Of a DNA stretch of 64,000 bases, positions 25,772 to 35,408 are shown piece after piece. The position numbers and the translations under genes were made by a program. The stretch comes from Desulfobacterales bacterium (GTDB lineage Bacteria; Desulfobacterota; Desulfobacteria; Desulfobacterales; RPRI01), in assembly GCA_046485065.1 (NCBI GenBank), contig JAWOHP010000108.1, positions 992-64,991 on the forward strand, read 5' to 3'. Below the pieces are notes generated by a model, which was not told where the DNA came from, did not search any database, and was given only the letters and a program-made list of their open reading frames with translations. Position 1 is the stretch's first letter. The number at the start of each line of letters is the position of its first letter.

Positions 25772-28700
25772 ATGGCTGGAAAAGTTGTTGGATCTGTTAT
25801 GGTGGTCGGCGGGGGAATAGCTGGAATGCAGTCCGCTCTTGATCTTGCTAATTCAGGATATTATGTCTATCTGGTAGAAAAATCGGCCGCTATCGGAGGG
25901 CTTATGTCACAGCTTGACAAGACCTTTCCGACCAATGACTGCGCCATGTGAGTTATCTCTCCGAAACTGGTCGAGGTCGGCCGGCATCTTAATATAGAAC
26001 TACTGATGAATTCCGAACTCCTTGAACTTAAAGGAGACCCGGGAAATTTTACTGCCCGTATCAGGCAGAACCCCCGCTTTATAGACTTGTCCAAGTGCAC
26101 AAGCTGCGGAGAATGTTCCAAGGTCTGTCCTGTGGTACTATCAAATGAATATGACGAGAATCTTTCGGTAAAAAAAGCCGCTTATAAACAATATCCGCAG
26201 GCTATTCCCGGCGCCTATGCCATACAGAAAGCCGATAAAGCTCCATGCCGGCTGGCATGCCCTGCCGGGCTCAATGTCCAGGGCTATGTTCAGATGGCAG
26301 GCCAGAAAAAATATAAAGAAGCCCTTAAGATAATTATGGAAGATCTTCCGTTGCCGGGTGTACTGGGAAGGATATGTCCTCACGGATGCGAAGATGCATG
26401 TCGCAGGTGCGAGGTAGATCAGCCTGTTGCCATACGCAGCTTAAAACGTCTTGCCGCCGACAGGTTCGATCCAAGGCAGGTTGAAATTAAAACTCTTCCG
26501 AGGAGACAGGAAAAGGTTGCCATCATCGGATCTGGACCGGCCGGTCTTTCTGCAGCTTACCACCTTGCGCGGAAAGGTGTAATTTCCACGATTTATGAAG
26601 CTTTGCCGAAAGCCGGGGGGATGCTCAGGGTCGGCATACCGGAGCACAGACTTCCCAGGGAAGTTCTTGACAGGGAAATAGAAGTAATAACCAATCTTGG
26701 AGTGGAAATTAAAACAAGCACTCCTCTTGGAAATGATTTGACGATCGACGGCATTTTGGCTGACGGCTACAAGGCCGTTTATATAGCAATAGGAGCTCAC
26801 AGGGGGTTTGAGCTTGGAGTTCCTGGGGAAAAAGCAAAAGGAGTCCGTCAGGGAGTCGACTTCCTCAGGGAGGTCAATCTTACCGGAAAAGCGGATGTCG
26901 GCAAAAAAATTGCCATAATCGGCGGCGGCAATGTTGCCATAGACGTTGCGCGTTGCGCCGTAAGACTTGGGGCTGAAAAGGTCAACATAATATACCGGAG
27001 GACGCGGAGTGAAATGCCGGCATGGGAAGAAGAGATTCATGCCGCGGAGGTTGAAGGGACGGAAATCACATATCTTTCGGCGCCTCAGGAGGTATTGACG
27101 TCTGACGGGAAAGTTATCGGTTTGCGATGTATTCGCATGGAGCTGGGAGAGCCAGATTCATCAGGAAGGAGAAGACCTGTTCCCGTTCCGGGAAGCGAGT
27201 ATGACATTGAAATAGACCAGCTCATTCCGGCCATAGGTCAGAGACCTGATCTGTCTGCTCTGGAGAACATAACAGGAATAAATATTTCGCGCTGGGGAAC
27301 TGTTGAAACCGATTCTGTTACATATGCAACAGGGCTCGCGGGTGTTTTTGCCGGAGGAGATGTTCAGACGGGTCCCTGGGTTGCCATTGGCGCTATTGCA
27401 GCGGGAAAAGACGCGGCCGAATCTATTATCAGGTATCTTGACGGGAAAGACATGGCAGAGGGCAGGGATCCGGTTACGAATGAAAATCCGGTGTACAGAC
27501 CGGTGCCGGAAAATGAACCTAAAAAGTTTAGAAAAGTCATGCCGGAGCTTCCTGTTGAAAAGCGCGCAGGCAACTTTAAGGAGGTTGAACTGGGATACAG
27601 CGAAGAAGACGGAGAGGCCGAAGCATCAAGATGTCTTAATTGCGGTTATTGTTCAGAGTGCCTGCAGTGTGTTGATGCCTGTCTTGCCGGAGCTATTGAC
27701 CACAGCCAAAAAACATCTGAAAAGGAGATTGAAGTCGGTTCCATAATACTTTGCCCTGGGAGCGATACCTTTGATCCGTCTGTTCTTGATGAATTCTACC
27801 ATTACAAAACGAATCCGAATGTTTTGACCAGCCTGGAATTTGAGAGAATACTCAGCGCATCCGGGCCGACAATGGGGCATCTTGTGAGGCCTTCGGATAA
27901 GAGGGAGCCGAAAAAAATTGCATGGCTCCAGTGTGTCGGATCGAGAGATAACAACAAGTGCGGGAACGGATACTGCTCCTCGGTATGCTGCATGTATGCT
28001 GTTAAAGAAGCCATGATTGCAAAGGAGCATGCTCACGGAGGTGTTGACTGCGCGATATTTAACATGGATATGCGTACATTTGGAAAGGATTACGAGAAAT
28101 ATTACAACAGGGCAAAGGATAAGGATGGGGTCCGTTTTGTCAAAGCGCGCGTTCACACCATGAACGAAATTCCTGATACCGGAAATCTTCGTATAAGGTT
28201 CGCAGATGAATCGGGGGATATCCGGGAAGAAGAATTTGACATGATTGTTCTTTCGGTCGGCCTGAAGGTTCCGCAGTCAACCGTGGAAATGGCAAAGCGC
28301 CTCAATATAGATCTGGACAAGTACAGTTTTGCGTCCAGCAAGCCTTTTACCCCGATTGAAACGTCAAGAGCCGGCGTATATGCATGCGGAATTTTTCAGG
28401 GCCCCAAGGATATTCCGAGCTCCGTAATTGAGGCAAGCGCTGCCGCATGTGCCGCAGGCGGGAAGTTGAACGAAGCGAGAGGAACACGAACAAAAACCGT
28501 TAAGGTTCCTGACGAAATTGATGTGGCAGGACAGGAGCCGAGAATCGGAGTGTTTGTTTGTGATTGCGGCATTAATATTGCCGGAGTAGTTGATGTTAAA
28601 GCCGTATGCGAATATGCTTCCAAACTTCCCCACGTTGTTTTTACCGGAGAGAATCTTTTTACGTGTTCGCAGGATTCTCAGGACAGGATGAAGGAGATTA

Positions 28701-30205
28701 TAAGGGAGAAGAGTCTCAACAGAGTTGTTGTTTCAGCCTGCACCCCCAAAACCCATGAAGCCATTTTTATGGATACCCTGGAAGCCTGTGGTTTGAATAA
28801 ATACCTTTTTGAAATGGCAAACATCCGGAACCAGGATTCATGGACGCATTCCAATGACCCTGCGAAGGCCACAGAAAAGGCTAAAGAGCTAGTTAAAATG
28901 GCTGTAGCGCGGGTTGCAACTCTGAATCCCCTGCATGAAAAGAGAATACCGGTTGTTAAAAGAGCCCTTATTATAGGCGGCGGTGTGTCCGGCATGAACG
29001 CAGCCCTTGGTCTTGCTGACCAGGGTTTTGAAACTGTTCTTGTTGAAAAAGAACCGCAGCTTGGCGGCATGGCAAACCGCCTGACTTCAACCATCGAAGG
29101 AGAAAAAATCGGTCCTTATGTTTCCGATCTCATCAGGAAAGTAAGTAGCCATTCCAAAATACAGGTTTTAACCCAGTCCCTTATAGTCGGCTTTTCAGGA
29201 TTCAAGGGAAATTTTACCACAGAGTTGATTGTCGGGCCCGGCATGTATGAGAGGAAAATTGATCACGGTGTTGTAATTCTTGCCACAGGAGCCAACGAGT
29301 ACATTCCTACCGAGTTCTTATACGGGCAGGATTCAAGGGTTATGACACAGATAGAACTTGCCGGTCGCCTTGAGAAAGATGGATCTGCTGGCCTTGACAG
29401 CGTGGTAATGATACAATGCGTCGGATCCAGGAACGAGGAGAATCCCAACTGCTCAAGAATATGCTGCCAGAGCGCTGTAAAGAACGCTCTTCATATCAAG
29501 GAACTGAACCCGGATGTCAACATATACATCCTGTACAGGGATATGAGGATGTACGGACTGCTGGAGGATTATTACACGGAAGCAAGGCGCAAGGGTATTT
29601 TCTTCTTCAGATATACGTCTGATGATATGCCTGTGGTTGAATCAACCGACGATGGTCTGACAGTTACTTTCAGGGATCATGTTCTGGGCCGCCGTTTAAA
29701 AGTCCAGGCTGATATTCTTGGTTTAAGCGCAGGAATGAGGCCCACAGACACCACTGAATTATCTTCGATTATCAAGCTGGCCCTCAACGCGGAGGGCTAT
29801 TTTATGGAGGCTCATGTAAAGTTAAGGCCTGTTGATATGGCAACTGACGGTATTTTCGTATGCGGAACCGCTCACAGTCCAAAACTTCTTACTGAAGCCA
29901 TTCCTCAGGCCTTGGCTGCCGCTTCAAGAGCCACAACATTCCTTTCACAGGATTATCTGACTCTATCTGCTGTTACTGCATGTGTTGAGGCGGAAAAGTG
30001 TGCGTCCTGCCTGATATGTGTCAGGTCCTGTCCATATGGTGTTCCGAGAATCAATGCTGATGGAGTAAGCGAGATTGATGTTGCGCTTTGTCACGGTTGC
30101 GGAGTATGCGCTGCTGAATGTCCGGCAAAGGCTATTGAACTGAACTGGTATGAGGATGATCAGATATTGAGCAAGGTTGAAGCCTTGCTGGAGGGGGTTT
30201 TATGA
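25772..30205 (+). CDS. hdrL: HdrL-type giant heterodisulfide-reductase-A-like flavoprotein (two HdrA modules plus an inserted GltD-like NAD(P)H module), selenocysteine at TGA 25949-25951
   Basis: [38 protein letters not shown] matches the HdrA motif DC(S/A)M-C-I(L/S)xPK. The frame runs continuously into ORF 26006..30205. GltD-like part: [49 protein letters not shown]. HdrA motifs: [24 protein letters not shown]. Second HdrA module: [27 protein letters not shown]-terminal 2x[4Fe-4S]. The start is set to the ATG at 25772 (GAGGAG SD). Confidence 0.85.
25949..25951 (+). other. Probable selenocysteine (UGA) codon in hdrL
   Basis: In-frame TGA at a conserved Cys position. The frame stays open on both sides, and a hairpin candidate starts 10 nt downstream. 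Confidence 0.75.
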
Positions 30206-30636
30206 ATCAGGAGTTCGAACCTGTAATCATAGCTTTTTGCTGTAATTACTGAGGATACACCGCCGCGGACCTGGCAGGTTCCATGAGATTGAGTTATCCG
30301 ACTAATATTAAAATCATACGTGTACCATGTACCGGCAAAGTGGATATTCTTCACATCCTGCGCGCTTTTGAAAAAGGCGCTGACGGAGTATATGCCGTAG
30401 GTTGTCTGGAAGGGGAATGCCACTTCAACAGTGGTAATCTGAGGGCAAGGAAAAGAATAGAACAGGCCAGAATAATACTCAATTCAATCGGGGTTGGTGG
30501 TGAAAGAGTTCAAATGAGGAATCTATCTTCCGCAGAGGGACCGAAATTTGCCCAATATGCAGTGGAAATGGATGAGCTGATAAGAAAACTTGGCCCGAAT
30601 CCGATAAAAATGGCATCTAAAAAGAAGGCAGCATAA
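30202..30636 (+). CDS. mvhD: MvhD/VhuD/FlpD-like [2Fe-2S] electron-transfer protein, selenocysteine at TGA 30250-30252
   Basis: The ATG overlaps the hdrL stop (ATGA). [28 protein letters not shown] matches the MvhD motif FCCNWC(S/T)Y(A/G)GAD. The track ORF (30283..) starts downstream of this conserved motif. Confidence 0.8.
30250..30252 (+). other. Probable selenocysteine (UGA) codon in mvhD-like gene
   Basis: TGA replaces the third Cys of the CC-x2-C motif. 16 sense codons lie upstream, starting from an ATG coupled to the hdrL stop. Confidence 0.75.
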
Positions 30637-30722
30637 ACGGCTTTGTAAAAAGACATATACGAACGGAATCCCCAAAAAGATTATTAAGAGAGCATATTTA
30701 GACTTTTTGCGAATCCATCAAT
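30637..30722 (+). repeat. MITE-like element, same family (copy C)
   Basis: ACGGCTTTGTAAAAAGAC starts 1 nt after the mvhD stop. Right arm GACTTTTTGCGAATCCATCAATAA. The core CAAAAAG.T.ATTAAG.GAGCATATT.AGACTT is shared with copy D. Confidence 0.7.
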
Positions 30723-30811
30723 AATAATTTAGACTAAATCTTATATTTTAAAACCGGCATAAATTAGATTAAAAAGCATAAATATCTAAAGGGAAAGAGA
30801 GGTCGCGATAT

Positions 30812-31480
30812 ATGATTGTAGCCGATAAAAAGCCGATAGAAGAGATAATCAAAGAGGTCGAGGATTACAGTAAAATCCTGATACTGGGCTGCAACGAATG
30901 TGTTACAGTCTGTGAGGCCGGAGGAAAGAAGGAAGTGGGAATTCTGGCTTCGGCGCTTCGGATGTATTTTCTGAATCAGGGGAAGGATGTAAAAATTGAT
31001 GAGGTAACACTGGAGCGTCAATGCGACCATGAGTATCTTGAAGAGATACGAGACAGGGTGGATAAGTATGATGCGGTCATCTCACTGGCATGTGGTGTGG
31101 GAGTTCAGTTCATGGCTGAAAAATACCAGACCCTGCCGGTATATCCCGGCGTCAACACCTGTTTTTTGGGTGTTACCGAAAAACGTGGATTGTGGACGGA
31201 AAGATGCCAGGCATGCGGTAAGTGTATTCTTGCAAAAACAGCCGGCATATGTCCTGTTTCAAGATGCGCAAAGAGACTTTTAAATGGGCCATGCGGCGGC
31301 TCCACAAAGGGAAAATGTGAAATAAGCAAAGATGTCGACTGTGCATGGCAGCTTATAGTCGACCGCCTTAAAACTCTTGGCAAAATTGACGATTATGAAA
31401 ATATTATTCCTTTGAAAGACTGGTCTACCGACAGGGCCGGGGGACCACGAAAAGTTGCGAGGGAGGATGTGCAGTTATGA
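30812..31480 (+). CDS. metV: MetV-like protein (methylene-THF reductase C-terminal/zinc-ribbon domain protein)
   Basis: Cys-rich (..LGCNECVTVCEAGG.., ..CQACGKCILAKTAGICPVSRCAKRLLNGPCGG..). It lies directly upstream of metF, and its stop overlaps the metF start (ATGA). Confidence 0.8.
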   Translation: MIVADKKPIEEIIKEVEDYSKILILGCNECVTVCEAGGKKEVGILASALRMYFLNQGKDVKIDEVTLERQCDHEYLEEIRDRVDKYDAVISLACGVGVQFMAEKYQTLPVYPGVNTCFLGVTEKRGLWTERCQACGKCILAKTAGICPVSRCAKRLLNGPCGGSTKGKCEISKDVDCAWQLIVDRLKTLGKIDDYENIIPLKDWSTDRAGGPRKVAREDVQL

Positions 31481-32409
31481 ATTGCAAAACACCGAGTAAA
31501 TTGGAGAAAATTCTTGCCGCAGGTCACCTTGCCGTTACTTCGGAGTGCGGCCCTCCGCGCGGCAGCAACATAGAACATATTGTGCAGAAAGCAAACCTGA
31601 TAAAGGATCATGTGGATGCAATAAACATAACGGATAATCAGACTTCCGTTACACGCCTCTGCAGCCTTGCGTCTTGCATACGTCTTAAGTTAATGGGGCT
31701 TGAACCTGTTCTTCAGATGGTGACACGTGATAGGAACAGGATAGCCATTCAGAGTGATATACTCGGAGCTGCCGCCTTCGATATTTTCAACATGCTTTGC
31801 CTTTCCGGAGACCATCAGAGTTTTGGAGACTGTGCTCAGGGACAGAACGTGCATGATCTGGATTCGATGCAGCTGCTCCAAACGGTAAGACATATGAGGG
31901 ATAATGGAAAATTTCTTGGCGGCGGCGATATTGATCGTCCACCAAGAATGTTTGTTGGCGCCGCCGCGAATCCTTTTGCGGATCCTTTTGAAATAAGGGT
32001 TCCCCGCCTTGCAAAGAAAATTGCCGCCGGCGCTGAATTTATACAGACCCAGTGTATTTATAATCTGGAGAAGTTTGAGCTGTGGATGAAAATGTTGAGA
32101 GACAGGGGTTTGCATGAAAAAGTTCATATACTTGCTGGACTTACTCCTTTAAAATCCGCCGGTATGGCAAAATATATGAAAAACCGGGTTCCGGGAATGG
32201 ATGTTCCTGATGAAGTTGTACAAAGAATGGCCGGCACACCAAAAGAAAAACAGGCCGAAGAAGGTATTAAAATATGCATCGAATCGGTTCAGCGCTTAAA
32301 AGAGGTTGAAGGAGTTAAAGGTTTTCACATCATGGCTATAGAATGGGAAGAAAAGGTTCCTGAAATAGTTGAAAATACAGGGCTTTATCCAAGGCCTAAA
32401 GTTGATTGA
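31477..32409 (+). CDS. metF: Methylenetetrahydrofolate reductase
   Basis: ..ITDNQTSV.., ..QMVTRDRNRIAIQSDILGA.., ..FIQTQCIYN.. and ..GFHIMAIEWE.. are typical of acetogen/SRB-type MetF. Confidence 0.88.
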   Translation: MNCKTPSKLEKILAAGHLAVTSECGPPRGSNIEHIVQKANLIKDHVDAINITDNQTSVTRLCSLASCIRLKLMGLEPVLQMVTRDRNRIAIQSDILGAAAFDIFNMLCLSGDHQSFGDCAQGQNVHDLDSMQLLQTVRHMRDNGKFLGGGDIDRPPRMFVGAAANPFADPFEIRVPRLAKKIAAGAEFIQTQCIYNLEKFELWMKMLRDRGLHEKVHILAGLTPLKSAGMAKYMKNRVPGMDVPDEVVQRMAGTPKEKQAEEGIKICIESVQRLKEVEGVKGFHIMAIEWEEKVPEIVENTGLYPRPKVD

Positions 32410-32515
32410 TTTTTCTGACCATTATGTGGTATTTATATTTCAGGCAAACTTGAGAAAAATTGAGACTTTAAGACATACAGATATCAATTTCCTGAAAAAT
32501 TAAAGGAGAGTGCTG

Positions 32516-32905
32516 ATGAGTGGTAAAAAGAGAATTCTTGTAGTGGATGATGAACCTGATTTTTCGATGATTGTAAAAAAGGGTCTGGAGAAGGAAGGTT
32601 TCGAAGTTGAACTTGCTTACGATGGGGCAGAAGGTCTTGCCAAGGTCAGGAGCAATCCTCCTGATGCAATTGTTCTTGATGTCATGATGCCTGAGATTGA
32701 CGGCTACAAGGTATGTTCAACTTTAAAAAGTGATGATAAGTATTCTGGTATTCCCATCGTTCTTCTTACGGCAGTCGCTTCGCTTGTTACCTCCACACGA
32801 TATTCACATTATGATGGAATGAGCATGGAAGCTGATGATTATCTGCCTAAACCGGCATCGGCCGAACAGATTGCAGAGAGTGTTAAGAGGCTACTGAAGA
32901 TATAG
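32516..32905 (+). CDS. Single-domain response regulator (REC only)
   Basis: KRILVVDDEPD..., DAIVLDVMMPEIDG, ..LLTA.., ..KP... No output domain. The start was moved to the ATG at 32516 after AAAGGAGAG. Confidence 0.85.
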   Translation: MSGKKRILVVDDEPDFSMIVKKGLEKEGFEVELAYDGAEGLAKVRSNPPDAIVLDVMMPEIDGYKVCSTLKSDDKYSGIPIVLLTAVASLVTSTRYSHYDGMSMEADDYLPKPASAEQIAESVKRLLKI

Positions 32906-32957
32906 TTCTCAGTAAAAAATGTATGAATGTTTTGGTTAAGATCAGGGAAAAAGAATC

Positions 32958-34256
32958 ATGTCATCAGAGGTAATCAGTCTAAAACGTGGAAAACAAAGCA
33001 TATTTATTGATAAGGTTAAAGCACTTCTTCCCGATGAAGGGAACCTGAATCTCTGTCTTACCTGCGGAGCCTGCTCATCAGGATGTCCTGCGACAGGGCT
33101 CGAGGGTATGGATCCAAGAAAGTTTCTGCGCATGGCAGCCCTTGGTTTGGATGATGAAATATTAAAGAGCGACTGGCCGTGGATGTGCACCATGTGCCAG
33201 CGATGCATATATGTCTGTCCGATGAAGATAGACATACCACAACTTATTTTCAATGTTAGAGGGAGCTGGCCAAGAGAGACAAGGCCTAAAGGAATACTCG
33301 GATCATGCGACATGGCGCTTAAACATGACACATGCAGCGCCATGGGGGCATCCGAAGAAGACTGGAGATTTGTTGTTGAGGATGTTGCAGGCGAGGTGAG
33401 GGAAAATCAGGAAGGATTTGAAAGTCTTCAGGCTCCGATGGACAAGGTTGGCGCTGAATTATATTTAAACCAGAATTCGAGAGAGCCGGTAACTGAGCCT
33501 GATGAAATGATACCATTGTGGAAGATTCTTCATCTGGTCGGCGCTGACTGGACATATGGTTCTAAAGGATGGGCTGCAGAGAATTACTGCATGTTCATTG
33601 CGGATAATGAAAGCTGGAAGCATATAGTGCGGGTCAAGGCCAAGGCCGTGGACGATTTGAAATGCAAAGTCTGGCTTAACACTGAGTGAGGGCATGAACT
33701 TTTTGCGGTCCGGGCCGGACTGAAAAAATTCAACATACCCTACAACTTTGAAATTAAGAGCATTATTCAGTTTTATGCCCAGTGGATACGCGAAGGAAAA
33801 CTTAAAGTCAATTCCGACTGGAACAAGGATTTAAAGATAAAGTTTACTGTTCAGGATCCCTGCCAGCTGGTCCGCAAAAGTTTTGGCAATCCTGTTGCCG
33901 AAGATTTGAGATTCGTCGTTAAATCCGTTGTTGGTGAAGATAACTTCGTTGATATGACGCCAAACAGGTCAAACAATTACTGCTGCGGAGGCGGAGGAGG
34001 CTTTCTCCAGTCGGGTATGCCTGAAGCAAGACGAACCTATGGAAAAATGAAAGATGAGCAGATAAAGAACACTGGCGCTGCTTACTGTATAACACCTTGC
34101 CATAACTGCCATGCGCAGATCCATGATTTGTCCGAGCATTACGGCGGGGGATACCATTCGACTCATCTGTGGACGCTGATATGTCTTTCACTGGGTGTAC
34201 TCGGCGAGAATGAACGAACATATTTAGGACCTGACCTTGCGGAGGTGGGACTGTAA
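32958..34256 (+). CDS. HdrD-like (HdrC+HdrB fusion) Fe-S/CCG-domain oxidoreductase, selenocysteine at TGA 33687-33689
   Basis: N-terminal CLTCGACSSGCP and CTMCQRCIYVCP (HdrC-like). After ..KVWLNTE-TGA-GHELFAV.. the same frame stays open for 72 codons with no ATG/GTG/TTG and contains ..FTVQDPCQL... It then continues into track ORF 33906.. with NNYCCGGGGGF and TPCHNCHAQ (CCG domain). Confidence 0.75.
33687..33689 (+). other. Probable selenocysteine (UGA) codon in hdrD-like gene
   Basis: In-frame TGA. Conserved-looking coding sequence without any start codon follows. Hairpin cgGTCCG-ggc-CGGACtg lies 15 nt downstream. Confidence 0.65.
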
Positions 34257-34283
34257 ATTAATCTAAAAAATAAAACCTGATAA

Positions 34284-34321
34284 GGGGGTAGGAATGACTT
34301 AATAGTTCCTCCCCCTTTTTT
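34284..34321 (+). terminator. Rho-independent terminator after the hdrD-like gene
   Basis: GGGGGTAGGAA - 11 nt loop - TTCCTCCCCC followed by TTTTTT. Confidence 0.75.
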
Positions 34322-34408
34322 ATCTGAAAAAATGGTATAACTTGACAATGTAAAATTGCGGGATTACTTTGACCCGGACATGAAATGGGAGTCGTCATTT
34401 TAGAAATT

Positions 34409-34518
34409 ACCGTAAAAAATAACCAAAAAGCTCATTAAGTGAGCATATTAAGACTTACAAAATGCTCGTTGAAAACAGGTCGTATCTAAGCGGCATAAAA
34501 TAGCTTTTTACGACATAG
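34409..34518 (+). repeat. MITE-like element, same family (copy D)
   Basis: ACCGTAAAAAATAACC ... AGCTTTTTACGACATAG. The core is shared with copy C. Confidence 0.55.
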
Positions 34519-34551
34519 TATTTTTATAAATTATTCATGGAGGAATTTTTA

Positions 34552-35403
34552 ATGGAAATAATTCATAGCGGTGCAAGTTGTGACGCGGGAAAACAGAAAA
34601 TAAAAAAAGACGCCCAGGATGCTTCTGTTGAAGGATCTCTTAAAAAAATTAAACACAAGTTTATCATTATGAGCGGTAAAGGCGGAGTCGGCAAAACAAG
34701 CACTTCCGTAAATCTTGCCATAGCCCTTTCAAACAAAGGATTCCAAGTTGGATTAATGGATGTCGATCTTCACGGTCCGGATGTTCCGAGAATGCTTGGT
34801 TTGAACGGGATGCTCGACTTGAGCAAAAACCATAAACTTTCTCCCATGAAGTATTCCGATCATTTAAGCGCTGTATCCATAGAATCTCTTACCCCAAATA
34901 AGGATGATGCTATTATATGGCGCGGTCCGATAAAATATTCCGCTATAAAGCAATTCATAGGAGATGTTGACTGGGGTGAACTTGATTTTCTGTTGATAGA
35001 CAGCCCTCCCGGCACAGGTGACGAGCCTTTGACTGTTGCACAAACAATAAAGGATGCAAAGGCAATTATTGTCACAACTCCCCAGGAAGTTTCTCTGGCG
35101 GATGTCAGAAAGTCGATAAACTTCTGTAAAACCGTCAAAATGGAAATATTCGGACTGATAGAAAACATGAGTGGCTTTATCTGTCCACATTGCAATAAGA
35201 CTATCGATCTATTCGGTGTCGGAGGCGGAGAAAGAACCGCAAGGGAAACGGGGATAGAGTTTCTCGGTAAAATTCCGTTTGATCAGAAGGTAGTTTCATG
35301 CGGTGATGCGGGATTGTCACTGGTCGATAAGCATTCCGATTCTCCGGTTGCAATGGCATTTGATAGTATAGCAGATAAAATGGCGAAGCTTACAGGAATA
35401 TGA
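34552..35403 (+). CDS. Mrp/NBP35/ApbC family Fe-S cluster carrier ATPase
   Basis: Deviant Walker A SGKGGVGKTS, ..LLIDSPPGTGDE.. and CPHC motif (..GFICPHCNK..). The start was moved to the ATG at 34552 (GGAGGA 6 nt upstream). Confidence 0.88.
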   Translation: MEIIHSGASCDAGKQKIKKDAQDASVEGSLKKIKHKFIIMSGKGGVGKTSTSVNLAIALSNKGFQVGLMDVDLHGPDVPRMLGLNGMLDLSKNHKLSPMKYSDHLSAVSIESLTPNKDDAIIWRGPIKYSAIKQFIGDVDWGELDFLLIDSPPGTGDEPLTVAQTIKDAKAIIVTTPQEVSLADVRKSINFCKTVKMEIFGLIENMSGFICPHCNKTIDLFGVGGGERTARETGIEFLGKIPFDQKVVSCGDAGLSLVDKHSDSPVAMAFDSIADKMAKLTGI

Positions 35404-35408
35404 GAGAT

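Noticed and set aside
32427-32442. Sigma-54-like string TGGTATTTATATTTCA upstream of the REC-only gene. Similar weak strings occur at 25564-25579 (AGGCTAAATTATTGAC) and 62099-62113 (TGGTGCCTTGTAGCT).
   Set aside because: The essential -12 GC dinucleotide is missing or displaced by one position in all three. These are not comparable to the element at 19708.
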